This document shows positions 38,959-48,483 of a DNA stretch of 64,000 nucleotides, one piece after another (position 1 is the first letter of the stretch; every line of letters starts with the position of its first letter). The position numbers and the translations under genes were made by a program. This stretch comes from a virus, in the IMG/VR virus record IMGVR_UViG_3300046001_006396, positions 1-64,000 of that record; one strand, 5' to 3'. Under the pieces are notes generated by a model. It saw only the letters and a program-made list of their open reading frames with translations. It was not told where the DNA came from and did no database searches.

Positions 38959-40077
38959 TTATATGATATTATACGGGCTAGTAAATGCTCTATATTTTAA
39001 TGCCTTATTCATATTTTCGGCCTGTAAACCCTTTATTTCCCATTGTTTTTCAGGTCTTAATCTCTCAAGTCTTAGTTTTAATTCTTCCCACAATAAGTTT
39101 TTTTCATCTTTTGCTTCGGTCTGTAAAGACGTGTATTCTAAAGTTAATTCAGAATCCGGTGTTTTTAAATTACCACTATACTTACCTCTAACTCTTGCCA
39201 AAGTTTCTTTACAATATGCGGTAAACCATCGTCTAACCCAAGTTTGTGCGGGCGAATTTAAATCAGTCCAAGACATTTCATCAATAGGAACATCTGAAGG
39301 TAATCTTACAACGTCAGGATTTTTTGCTAAACAATCTTCACGATCAAAAGTATCATAATACCAATACCAAACTCTGTAGTCGTGTCTTTTCATATTACCA
39401 AAATCAAATTTTCCACCAGGTACATTCATTAGATGAATTGCCTTTTTACCTTCAGGAAGTGCAGTCACTCTGTAAGTTAATTCTCCTGTGATAATTCTTC
39501 TTTTCATACTAATGTCAGACATCCTTAAAAGAATATCAAATGCCGGCGTAACAAAATAGTTACCTGTTGTACCCATTTGTGAAAACCCTGCACCACCACC
39601 AAGTCCGATACCACCAAATCCACCAAATCCACCCATAAATGGATCAAAATATGCCGCGTCTAATTCTGACCTTGAGAACCATAATAGTTCATTTAATTCT
39701 CTACCTGCGGGTATTTCATATATTTGTTGGTGGGGTATCAAATCTATATAATCTTTTTTCAAAACGTAGTCCCCTCCGGCTTGTAGTCCCACAATTTTAG
39801 AATACGAGTAAGTGTATTGAGTTTCCCAATCTAAACTTCTTGTTGTAAATGCCCTTGTAACTGACTGCTCATCCAAGTTTAATCCGTATAATGATGACCA
39901 TTGGCTTTCAATTAACCAATCATTTACGTGTTGTGCATAATCTTGTATTGATAACTCAAGTAATGAGTCCATCATCTCATCTTCTAACTCAACGGAACGT
40001 AAGGGTGCTCCCAAAAGATTTTTAATTCTTTTATACAACTTACTTCTTTCAGGTTCTGCTATGATATTTGTTGACAT
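38959..40077 (-). CDS. Neck / head-tail adaptor protein (T4 gp13-like)
   Basis: LGAPLRSVELEDEM N-terminus; WVRRWFTAYCKETLARVRGKY; structural context. Confidence 0.7.
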   Translation of the reverse strand: MSTNIIAEPERSKLYKRIKNLLGAPLRSVELEDEMMDSLLELSIQDYAQHVNDWLIESQWSSLYGLNLDEQSVTRAFTTRSLDWETQYTYSYSKIVGLQAGGDYVLKKDYIDLIPHQQIYEIPAGRELNELLWFSRSELDAAYFDPFMGGFGGFGGIGLGGGAGFSQMGTTGNYFVTPAFDILLRMSDISMKRRIITGELTYRVTALPEGKKAIHLMNVPGGKFDFGNMKRHDYRVWYWYYDTFDREDCLAKNPDVVRLPSDVPIDEMSWTDLNSPAQTWVRRWFTAYCKETLARVRGKYSGNLKTPDSELTLEYTSLQTEAKDEKNLLWEELKLRLERLRPEKQWEIKGLQAENMNKALKYRAFTSPYNII

Positions 40078-40086
40078 AAGACTTTT

Positions 40087-41205
40087 TTATATAAATATCT
40101 TTTTGGTTAAAATACTTTCATTCAATTTCTTTTTTGTTTGTGATAAGTATTGGTCTGAAACAAAATTCCAATTAACTACTTTCCAAAAATTATGAATATA
40201 TTTGTCCCTTTCGTTTTTATATTTTAGATAATATGCATGTTCCCACAAATCTAAACCAAGTAAAGGGTACCCCCCATTTTTTTCAGTATCCATTAACGGA
40301 TTGTCTTGGTTAGGTGTTGTGACAATTTTTAAGTTATTAGTTTTATTAATAATTAACCATACCCACCCAGAACCAAATCTTGTCTTTGCAATTTCCTCAA
40401 ACTTTTCTTTAAACTCTTCTAAAGACCCAAAAGTTTTTTCAATTTTAAATAATAGTGGGTTTTTTAATTCCGTTCTTTTAGGTGTTAACATTTTCCAAAA
40501 TAATGCATGATTAAATGCGCCACCACCATTATTTTTAACTTTTTTATTAAACTTTGATATTTTTTTTACGATATCAATTAAATCAAGGTCCTTTCCCGAC
40601 ATTTTTTCTAATTCTAAATTTAATTTCTCAACATACCCTTTATAATGTTTATTATAGTGAGTTTTCATAGTTTCATCATCAATAAACGACGATAAAGAAT
40701 CAAACTCATAAGGTAGTTTTTCAATGGTAATTTTTTTTATTTCCGTAATGATGTTGGTTTTAGAAACCGAATCTTCGTTGATTAGTTTCTCTAATTCTTT
40801 AATTCTTTCATTAAACAATGAATAAATGTTTTTTTCATCCTTTTTGTGTCTACGTTCAAATCTTTTTACCAATTCACCCGACCTTTCATTAGCCTTATTT
40901 TCGTTTTTACCCCCGATATCCGGACCCTTATCCATGTTTTCAATGGTTCTTTGGTACTCGTGAGCCCATTCGTGTGCTATAGTTCTAAGAATGTCTCTAT
41001 TCATTCTATCTTTAACTAATATTTTTATAATGTGTTTATTAGTTCTTGAACCCGTAGACATTTTACCATAACGAGATTTTAAAAATTCAATTGTAATATC
41101 TTTTTTTAATGGTAATTTTCTTTTTAAGAAACTGATAAAATTGTCTAATAATTGTTCGTCATCTGAATCAACGTTAAACCCAACAAATTTTTTATTTACT
41201 CTCAT
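40087..41205 (-). CDS. sodA: Mn-type superoxide dismutase fused to an N-terminal HExxH domain
   Basis: LPYEFDSL, HYNKHY, NNGGGAFNHALFW, FGSGWVW, PNQDNP, DLWEHAYY; N-terminal IAHEWAHEYQ...ENKAN. Confidence 0.9.
   Translation of the reverse strand: MRVNKKFVGFNVDSDDEQLLDNFISFLKRKLPLKKDITIEFLKSRYGKMSTGSRTNKHIIKILVKDRMNRDILRTIAHEWAHEYQRTIENMDKGPDIGGKNENKANERSGELVKRFERRHKKDEKNIYSLFNERIKELEKLINEDSVSKTNIITEIKKITIEKLPYEFDSLSSFIDDETMKTHYNKHYKGYVEKLNLELEKMSGKDLDLIDIVKKISKFNKKVKNNGGGAFNHALFWKMLTPKRTELKNPLLFKIEKTFGSLEEFKEKFEEIAKTRFGSGWVWLIINKTNNLKIVTTPNQDNPLMDTEKNGGYPLLGLDLWEHAYYLKYKNERDKYIHNFWKVVNWNFVSDQYLSQTKKKLNESILTKKIFI
40090..40097 (-). promoter_or_regulatory. TATTTATA putative late promoter
   Basis: 12 nt upstream of neck gene ATG (40077), overlapping the SOD 3' end. 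Confidence 0.5.
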
Positions 41206-41206
41206 A

Positions 41207-41217
41207 ATAAATAAATA
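41207..41217 (-). promoter_or_regulatory. Overlapping TATTTAT motifs
   Basis: TATTTATTTAT immediately upstream of SOD ATG (41205). Confidence 0.45.
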
Positions 41218-42981
41218 TCACCTACCACTATAAATCATATTTAACATTTCTTCTATTGATGACGCGTCATCCATCATATCATCCCCCATAACAGTAGATA
41301 TTATTTTTTTCTTTCTATTTAAGATGTCATAAATCACACCCTCAATTGAGTTTTCAAATAGGGGGTAATAAACTGATGTTGATTTTTTTTGTCCAATTCT
41401 ATGTGAACGGTCTTCTGCTTGTGCGTGTTCTGCAGGAACAAACGATAGATCATTCATAATAACCGCTTCAGCTGAAGTTAAAGTGATACCAACACCCGCA
41501 GCTTTTAAATTTCCAACAAAAACTCTTATTTTATCGTTTTCTTGAAAATCGTCTACCGCCTTTTGGCGATGCGGTTTTGAACAAGACCCGTCTAAATAAA
41601 CTGCCTGTTTTCCAAAATGTTCATAAATAGTTCGTAACGTATCGGTAAAGTTTGTAAATATAATAACTTTTTTTCCTTGATCAATAATATTTTCTGCTAA
41701 CTCAATAGTGTTTTTAACTTTTTCTTCTGCAATCACTTTTCTAACTTTCATTAATTTTCCAAATTGAATTGTGAGTGACGAAGACTCTTCTGAATTGTTG
41801 TCGTACCAATTAAAATATTCACCCATTAATTCTTCGTAATCTTTAGATTTTAATCTTAAATAAACAGGTGTAATAATTTTATCAGGTAAATCTAAAACAT
41901 CTTCTTTTAATCTTCTAAGAATATGTGACTGAGTTCGTTCCCTTAATTCGTCTAAGTTTGATGCCCCCGTAACATTCCATACTTTTCTTTTCCCAACACT
42001 AAATTGAAATCCGTTACAATATCTTCTTGCATAAGCCATCCAATTGGCGGCAACAGGACTTTCAACTAAACTTAAAAGATTAAAGTAGTTCATTGGTCTT
42101 GATGTCATTGGAGTTCCTGTTAATAACCAAACCCTATCAAGTTTATCACAAATGTCGTTTACAATTTTTGTTCTTTGTGCTTGTGGGTTTGATATCATAT
42201 GTGCCTCATCCATAATCAACAAATCAAATTTTGTTTTTAAAATTATTGATTCTTCCTTCTTTTTTGGGTCATGGAAGTTTTTTAAAATATCATAATTAAC
42301 AATTACAAAATCGTGTTGGTCTGAAAACTTTTTGCCTTCTGAAATATAAACTGACCTATCAGAATAATTTTCAATCTCTCTTTGCCAATTTATCTTTAAA
42401 GATGCGGGACAAACAATTAATATTTTTTTTGCTCCCGATTCAAGTGCCGATATAATTGTTGAGGTTGTTTTTCCAAGACCCATGTCGTCCGCCAAAATAA
42501 ACTTTTTGTTACCTACTAATTTATGAATGGCTTCTTTTTGGTGTTCCATCGGAAGTCGGTGGTTGTACTTCTTATAATCAATAACAAAATCTTTTACTTC
42601 GTTATCTTTTATAAGTGCTGATTTTGGCATCCAAAAATCGTGTAATGTTTCACCACTAAATACTTTCCCCCAAATATGATACGACTTATCTTTTTCAACC
42701 AAAAGTTTTTCAACATAAATTTCTGTTGGTTCTTTTGTGTACATTTTATCCTCCATCATTTTTTTACCAAAATATGAATCAAGTTTGACCCATTTTTTTG
42801 CGACCTTTGGGGTTCTTCCGTGAAAGTTAATTACATATTCCGATTGAGATCTTGTAGGGGTAAAGGACTTACTATTTTGTTTTTTATGTTTTAAATTTAG
42901 GATATAGTTATTTGATCCATCATAATCATCAATTAGTTGAAGGGCTCTTGTTTCAGGAGTTTTTGAAATAAATTCTTCCAT
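41218..42981 (-). CDS. SNF2-family helicase/ATPase (SMARCAL1/HARP-like)
   Basis: LADDMGLGKT, VCPASL, DEAH, LTGTP, LRRLK, GVGITLT, QAEDRSHRIGQ. Confidence 0.95.
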   Translation of the reverse strand: MEEFISKTPETRALQLIDDYDGSNNYILNLKHKKQNSKSFTPTRSQSEYVINFHGRTPKVAKKWVKLDSYFGKKMMEDKMYTKEPTEIYVEKLLVEKDKSYHIWGKVFSGETLHDFWMPKSALIKDNEVKDFVIDYKKYNHRLPMEHQKEAIHKLVGNKKFILADDMGLGKTTSTIISALESGAKKILIVCPASLKINWQREIENYSDRSVYISEGKKFSDQHDFVIVNYDILKNFHDPKKKEESIILKTKFDLLIMDEAHMISNPQAQRTKIVNDICDKLDRVWLLTGTPMTSRPMNYFNLLSLVESPVAANWMAYARRYCNGFQFSVGKRKVWNVTGASNLDELRERTQSHILRRLKEDVLDLPDKIITPVYLRLKSKDYEELMGEYFNWYDNNSEESSSLTIQFGKLMKVRKVIAEEKVKNTIELAENIIDQGKKVIIFTNFTDTLRTIYEHFGKQAVYLDGSCSKPHRQKAVDDFQENDKIRVFVGNLKAAGVGITLTSAEAVIMNDLSFVPAEHAQAEDRSHRIGQKKSTSVYYPLFENSIEGVIYDILNRKKKIISTVMGDDMMDDASSIEEMLNMIYSGR

Positions 42982-43027
42982 TGTATTTAAATAAAAATAG
43001 TAAATAATAATAAATAATCAATCAAAG

Positions 43028-43038
43028 TATTTATTTAT
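43028..43038 (+). promoter_or_regulatory. TATTTAT putative late promoter
   Basis: TATTTATTTAT directly upstream of ATG 43039. Confidence 0.5.
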
Positions 43039-43554
43039 ATGACACAAAATAGAGTTCCAATTACAAGACTTAATAAATTCTTCTCGGAAGAGGATTTCAA
43101 TTTGGATATTGAAATGGGTGGTGAATGGTTACACGGCGATATGAATTTTACTTTAATACTTTATAGGGTTGATAGGCAAAGAACTGACAATGACGATGTA
43201 TATGGTGAGACAACAGAAAACGGAATTCAGTATTTACCTCCAGTAGAATTTAAAGGTTTGGTTAAAATTGAGGCCTCATCAAACTCCGATTTAGGGGCAT
43301 CAAAACTATATCAGTCAGAACCTGGCAATTTAACTGTAAGTGTGTACCAACATTATTTAGAGGATTTAGGAATAGAAATAAATTTAGGAGATTATGTTGG
43401 GTATTATGAAACTGAAGATTTTGTTAGATATTATTCTGTAGTAAACGACGGTAGGGTTTTCGGTGATAATAAACACACATACGCTGGATATAAAAGATTT
43501 TATAGAACAATAACTGCAGTTCCTGCAACCAACAATGAATTTAACGGAATTTAA
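43039..43554 (+). CDS. Head-closure/neck protein (T4 gp14-like)
   Basis: DDVYGE, LEDLGIEINLGDYV, YYSVV; lies before the tail-completion gene. Confidence 0.55.
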   Translation: MTQNRVPITRLNKFFSEEDFNLDIEMGGEWLHGDMNFTLILYRVDRQRTDNDDVYGETTENGIQYLPPVEFKGLVKIEASSNSDLGASKLYQSEPGNLTVSVYQHYLEDLGIEINLGDYVGYYETEDFVRYYSVVNDGRVFGDNKHTYAGYKRFYRTITAVPATNNEFNGI

Positions 43555-43556
43555 AT

Positions 43557-44786
43557 ATGGCGTTACCAAAACAAATAAAAAATAAATTATCCTTAATTCC
43601 ACAAAAGTTTGGTGTTGAGAGAAGGCAAGAACTTTTAGAAGACGTTACAGATAAAGGTACTTATTTACCTAAAGGGGTTTTACATGCCGACCTTGACAAG
43701 GGAATGTTAGATTTTGTTAAAGACACTTTAGAGTTAGTTGTTGACAGTAAAAAAGTACCAACTATTGATAGAATCATAACAAACCAAAGTTGGGGCCAGT
43801 TTACTCAAACTTGGGATTTTCAAGATTTAGATAAAAATATTACATTACCTTTTATTGCAACATTAAGGGCGCCAGAAGTAAAATACGGAACAAATAATGC
43901 AGGAAGAGCTAATATTCCTGAAAGAAAACAATTTTTTTATTATACGGTACCAACTTGGGACGGACAAAGAAAAGGTGCCGATGTTTATAAAATACCACAA
44001 CCAATACCTGTAGATTTAACATTTACTATAAAATTGTTCTGTAATAGAATGAGAGAAGTAAATGAGTTTAATAAAATTATGATGCAAAAATTTACATCAA
44101 AACAGGCGTATACACAAATAAAAGGACATTATATACCTATGACTCTTGAATCGGTTGATGACGAGTCGGTTAAAGATCTTGAAAAAAGAAAGTATTATAT
44201 TTCAAGTTATAAAATTAATATGATGGGATTACTGATTGATGAGGACGAGTTTGAGGTGAGTCCTGCAATAACAAGACAAGTATCTTTGTTTGAATTTGAA
44301 ACATCTAAAAAAAGTAAAAAAGTTAAAATAGAACCCTCTAACCCTACAGACTTTTTACTTGATTTTAAATTTGTTTCAGGAAACACCCAATTAATTGAAG
44401 TGTTTAGATACACTGCAAATATAGTTGTTAACGGAATTGAAAATATAATTAATTGTTTCTCGTCAGAATATTCATCAACAACAGTAAACACATTAAATTA
44501 TATTAATTGTAGTGGAACTTCAACAACAATTTCTACATCAATAGGAAGTAGTGGTACCGTATGTGTTAAATCAGGAACCGTACCGTATTTTACAAATTCA
44601 ACAGGAGGAACTATTAACTCAACAACTTCCTGCGCTGATGGGTATTCTGTTTTTATTAATAACAATTATGTTGGTGATAATGTTGATGTGATTCAAATAA
44701 ATTCCGGAGACACTTTAAAAATAATTGTTTATAAAGATAATGTTAATTTAGAATCAATTATTAAGACAAAAGTAATATTGGTTTAA
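43557..44786 (+). CDS. Tail completion/terminator protein (T4 gp15-like) with C-terminal extra domain
   Basis: LPFIA, PQPIPVDLTFTIKLF..RMREVNE; before the sheath gene; C-terminal S/T/G/C-rich module. Confidence 0.6.
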   Translation: MALPKQIKNKLSLIPQKFGVERRQELLEDVTDKGTYLPKGVLHADLDKGMLDFVKDTLELVVDSKKVPTIDRIITNQSWGQFTQTWDFQDLDKNITLPFIATLRAPEVKYGTNNAGRANIPERKQFFYYTVPTWDGQRKGADVYKIPQPIPVDLTFTIKLFCNRMREVNEFNKIMMQKFTSKQAYTQIKGHYIPMTLESVDDESVKDLEKRKYYISSYKINMMGLLIDEDEFEVSPAITRQVSLFEFETSKKSKKVKIEPSNPTDFLLDFKFVSGNTQLIEVFRYTANIVVNGIENIINCFSSEYSSTTVNTLNYINCSGTSTTISTSIGSSGTVCVKSGTVPYFTNSTGGTINSTTSCADGYSVFINNNYVGDNVDVIQINSGDTLKIIVYKDNVNLESIIKTKVILV

Positions 44787-44936
44787 CTACTCCCCATATA
44801 CGTCTTTTTCTTTTACGCAGGTTTTTTTAATTAAAGTTTCTAAGAATTTATAAATCTTTAATCCCTTTGACTCACAGTACTTTTTTAGTATATCGTGACT
44901 TTCTTCTGAAATCTTTATATTTTTTATTTTTTTCAT
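44787..44936 (-). CDS. 49-aa ribbon-helix-helix-like DNA-binding protein (absent from ORF track)
   Basis: MKKIKNIKISEESHDILKKYCESKGLKIYKFLETLIKKTCVKEKDVYGE: strand-helix-G-helix pattern; own TATTTAT motif at 44941-44947. Confidence 0.6.
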   Translation of the reverse strand: MKKIKNIKISEESHDILKKYCESKGLKIYKFLETLIKKTCVKEKDVYGE

Positions 44937-44953
44937 ATTAATAAATATTTTAT

Positions 44954-44973
44954 AAGGTAGAAAAAAGGTAGAA
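44954..44973. repeat. Direct repeat AAGGTAGAA x2, 11-nt period (candidate operator)
   Basis: 44954-44962 and 44965-44973, in the divergent RHH/sheath intergenic region. Confidence 0.6.
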
Positions 44974-45033
44974 TTTTTTCATACTGTTAATTTATTAATA
45001 TAATTAGACTAAGTTTTTTGCCCATTTTGGACA

Positions 45034-45041
45034 TATTTATA
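45034..45041 (+). promoter_or_regulatory. TATTTATA putative late promoter
   Basis: Upstream of tail sheath ATG (45075). Confidence 0.55.
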
Positions 45042-45074
45042 TAAGAAAATAAATCATAATATAAAAACAAAAAA

Positions 45075-48000
45075 ATGGCATCTACTAACAAAGTATTCGT
45101 TTCACCTGGAGTCTACACTTCAGAAAGAGATTTGACTTTTGTTGCTCAAAGTGTAGGGGTAACAACATTAGGTTTGGTTGGGGAGACACTACAAGGTCCT
45201 GCGTTTGAACCAATCTTTATAACAAGTTTTGATGAGTATCAAGTATACTTCGGGGGGACAAGTCCTGAAAAATTTGTAAATACACAAATACCAAAATATG
45301 AAACATCGTATATTGCTAAAGCATATCTACAACAATCAAATCAGTTGTTTGTTACTAGAATATTAGGGTTATCGGGATACGATGCGGGACCATCTTGGTC
45401 AATTACAACTATAGGTAATGTTAATCCTAGTACTGTTTCGGCAACAGGAAATACAGGACCTGTTTATGTGTTCTTTACAGGTACAACAGGAGCAAGTTCA
45501 AACGTAACAATAACAAACATACCATCTCAATTAACGACATTTAATAATACATATTTACAATTTAATGGTAATACTTCAAGTATTTCTACAAATTTTAAAA
45601 CGTTTATTGCGAATGAAATAAATAAATATACAACATCAGGACTTCAATCAGGTACAGGAACAACTGCTCAGTTTTGGGGAACTTTAAGTGCGGGTACACT
45701 TTCTTTAGTGACGGGGACATCTATTAACCCTGGAGGTATTACGGCAACTTCTGAAACATTTGGTGTAAGTAACGTTAATCTTTCTTTAGCGAATTTATCG
45801 GCATCAACTAACGACCCTTGGTACTACGCATTATTTAATTATAGTAAACCTGCAAGTGTTGGTTCATATTACGGTTATGGATTTGGTACTCGTTTAAATA
45901 CTTTAACGAGTATTGGTGGTGGAGTATATTCTGGATCATGTGCGGTTTATTTAACAAACTATTCGGGTTCACCATACAGTGATTTTGATGATTTGGTAAT
46001 AGCAACTCTTAGATCAAGAGGAGTCACTAACTATTCCTCAACACAACACGGACCATCTTATCAAGTTACAGGAACATCCGACGTTACTTTAATTACAACA
46101 GGAACTTACTCAGGAATTTCTTCTGACCCGTATAATACTTTTGCTGTTAGTGGCATCACTAAAGATGGTGACACATTTACATTTGAAACTTCAATGACAA
46201 GTTCAGACACTCAATATCTTTCTAAAGTTTTAGGTAGATCTAATTTCTCTAAAGATAGAACTGAAGTTCCTATTTTTGTCGAGGAGATTTATCCAAGTCT
46301 TTTACTAAGCGGATATAGAGCAGGAAAAGTTAGAGGATTATATTCTAATTTAGTTGCCCTTGATAGTGCGGAATCTTTAGACACTAATTCATTAGGTTTT
46401 TATTTGGAGCAATATCAAACACCTGAAACTCCTTACGTCGTTTCAGAATTAAGAGGTAACAAAGTCTATAAATTATTTAAATTTAAACTTATTTCTGACG
46501 GTAATGCGGCAAATAGATTAGTTAAAATTTCAATTGGTAATATCTCATTTAATACTAGAACGTTTGATGTATTCATTAGAGATTTCTATGATAATGACCA
46601 AAATGTTAGAGTTATTGAAAGTTTTACTAACTGTTCATTAGACCCTAATTTGAATAATTACGTTGCAAATAAAATAGGTACAGCAAACGGAGAATACAAT
46701 CTTAACTCAAAATATGTTATGGTTGAAATGAACGATGAAGCACCTGAAGATGCACTTCCTTGTGGTTTTGATGGGTACGTTATACGTTCTTATGATACGG
46801 CAACCCCACCTTACTTGGTTTATAAAACTAAATATTTAACACCTGGAGAAACAATTTACAATCCTCCTTTTGGGTCAACAAGTGGGGCGGATAATCCTGT
46901 AATTTCTAACGGTGAAAATCCTCGTAAGGCTTACTTAGGTATTTCAAATATCACTGGAGTTGACTACGATTTCTTTGACTATAAAGGTAAAGTGTTACCA
47001 GCTAACCTTGAAACGGATACAACAGGTCTTGATTGGAATTATATTACTAAAGGGTTCCACATGGATAGTGGGGCAACTGTTGTAACAATTATGGGTTCAG
47101 GTGCGACCGCAGGTCAACCGGCATTTGAAGTTGGTGTTGGGTCATTTAATTCTGAACCAACAAGTACTGATAGTCCTTATTACAAATTAAACACTCGTAA
47201 ATTTACTTTATATGCTTATGGAGGTTTTGATGGTTGGGATATCTATAGAGAATATAGAACTAATGGTGACACCTACGCACTTGGTCAAACAGGGTTTAAA
47301 TTTGGAGCGGCACCATCATCTACATACCCAACAGCAACAGGATGGGGAGCATTTAAACAAATCTCAGGACCTAACCAAGAGGTTTGGGCAAATACTGACT
47401 ATTACGCATACAAGTGGGGTCAAGGAACTTTTGCAAATCCTGAAGCAACAAACATTAATATTTTTGTAACACCAGGAATTGATTACGTAAATAACTCAAA
47501 TCTTGTTGAAGATGCGATTGATATGGTTGAATCTGATAGAGCCGACTCAATCTATATTTGTACAACACCTGACTTTAATCTATTCTTACCAACATTTAGT
47601 GATGTCACAGAAGGGTTAATCTACCCACAAGAGGCAGTTGACAACCTAGAAGAAACGGGTATTGATTCAAATTATACCGCATCTTATTACCCTTGGGTAT
47701 TAACAAGAGATAGTGTAAACAATACACAGATTTATCTTCCACCAACTGCTGAGGTTACTAAAAACTTAGCGTTAACCGATAACATCGCATTCCCTTGGTT
47801 TGCATCTGCAGGATACACAAGAGGTTTGGTTAATTCAGTTAAAGCTCGTAAGAAGTTAACACAAGAAGATAGAGACACACTTTACAAAGGTAGAATTAAC
47901 CCAATTGCAACGTTCTCTGATGTAGGTACTGTAATTTGGGGTAACAAAACAATGCAAATTAGAGAATCTGCACTTGACAGAATTAACGTAAGAAGACTGT

Positions 48001-48287
48001 TGTTACAGGCTCGTAAATTAATTTCAGCGGTAGCGATTAGATTATTGTTTGAACAAAACGACGACAAAGTAAGACAAGATTTCTTAGATTCCGTTAATCC
48101 AATTTTGGATTCAATTAGAAGAGATAGAGGTTTGATTGACTTCCGAGTTACAGTTTCAAACACACCTGAAGATTTAGACTCAAACACATTGACAGGTAAA
48201 ATCTTCTTGAAACCGACAAGAGCGTTGGAGTACATTGACATAGAGTTTGTTATTACACCAACAGGAGCATCTTTTGATGACGTATAA
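45075..48287 (+). CDS. Contractile tail sheath protein
   Basis: FVSPGVYTSERD N-terminus; YYPW, PWFASAGYTRG, LYKGRINPI, IWGNKT, SALDRINVRRLL, LFEQND, KPTRALEYI. Confidence 0.95.
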   Translation: MASTNKVFVSPGVYTSERDLTFVAQSVGVTTLGLVGETLQGPAFEPIFITSFDEYQVYFGGTSPEKFVNTQIPKYETSYIAKAYLQQSNQLFVTRILGLSGYDAGPSWSITTIGNVNPSTVSATGNTGPVYVFFTGTTGASSNVTITNIPSQLTTFNNTYLQFNGNTSSISTNFKTFIANEINKYTTSGLQSGTGTTAQFWGTLSAGTLSLVTGTSINPGGITATSETFGVSNVNLSLANLSASTNDPWYYALFNYSKPASVGSYYGYGFGTRLNTLTSIGGGVYSGSCAVYLTNYSGSPYSDFDDLVIATLRSRGVTNYSSTQHGPSYQVTGTSDVTLITTGTYSGISSDPYNTFAVSGITKDGDTFTFETSMTSSDTQYLSKVLGRSNFSKDRTEVPIFVEEIYPSLLLSGYRAGKVRGLYSNLVALDSAESLDTNSLGFYLEQYQTPETPYVVSELRGNKVYKLFKFKLISDGNAANRLVKISIGNISFNTRTFDVFIRDFYDNDQNVRVIESFTNCSLDPNLNNYVANKIGTANGEYNLNSKYVMVEMNDEAPEDALPCGFDGYVIRSYDTATPPYLVYKTKYLTPGETIYNPPFGSTSGADNPVISNGENPRKAYLGISNITGVDYDFFDYKGKVLPANLETDTTGLDWNYITKGFHMDSGATVVTIMGSGATAGQPAFEVGVGSFNSEPTSTDSPYYKLNTRKFTLYAYGGFDGWDIYREYRTNGDTYALGQTGFKFGAAPSSTYPTATGWGAFKQISGPNQEVWANTDYYAYKWGQGTFANPEATNINIFVTPGIDYVNNSNLVEDAIDMVESDRADSIYICTTPDFNLFLPTFSDVTEGLIYPQEAVDNLEETGIDSNYTASYYPWVLTRDSVNNTQIYLPPTAEVTKNLALTDNIAFPWFASAGYTRGLVNSVKARKKLTQEDRDTLYKGRINPIATFSDVGTVIWGNKTMQIRESALDRINVRRLLLQARKLISAVAIRLLFEQNDDKVRQDFLDSVNPILDSIRRDRGLIDFRVTVSNTPEDLDSNTLTGKIFLKPTRALEYIDIEFVITPTGASFDDV

Positions 48288-48298
48288 TAAAAAATAAA

Positions 48299-48322
48299 GT
48301 GGGGGGTAGAAATACTCCCCAT
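48299..48322 (+). terminator. Stem-loop after sheath gene (terminator or RNA-stabilising hairpin)
   Basis: GGGGGGTA-GAAA-TACTCCCC with GNRA loop; A-run before, weak U-tract after. Confidence 0.6.
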
Positions 48323-48326
48323 TATA

Positions 48327-48334
48327 TATTTATA
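48327..48334 (+). promoter_or_regulatory. TATTTATA putative late promoter
   Basis: About 12 nt upstream of ATG 48346. Confidence 0.5.
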
Positions 48335-48345
48335 GTAAAAAGATT

Positions 48346-48483
48346 ATGAAAATAGAAAAAAAATTAATCAAAGAGGCTTTAGGTGACACACAAAAAGAAC
48401 CTAAAACATTCTCTCAAAAAAAACAAAATATAATCATAACTGAAAGTCAGTTGGAAAAACTTTTAAAATCACTTAAAAAATAA
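48346..48483 (+). CDS. 45-aa basic peptide with IIITESQLEKLL motif (absent from ORF track)
   Basis: MKIEKKLIKEALGDTQKEPKTFSQKKQNIIITESQLEKLLKSLKK; TAATG coupling to next gene. Confidence 0.6.
   Translation: MKIEKKLIKEALGDTQKEPKTFSQKKQNIIITESQLEKLLKSLKK

Noticed and set aside
39585-39640. ccacca-rich repeat in the neck gene
   Set aside because: Encodes a Gly-rich loop (GGFGGFGGIGLGGGAG); no evidence of a DNA-level function
35723-42981. Inteins or introns in the polymerase and helicase
   Set aside because: Conserved motifs are at normal spacing, with no intein termini or homing-endonuclease motifs
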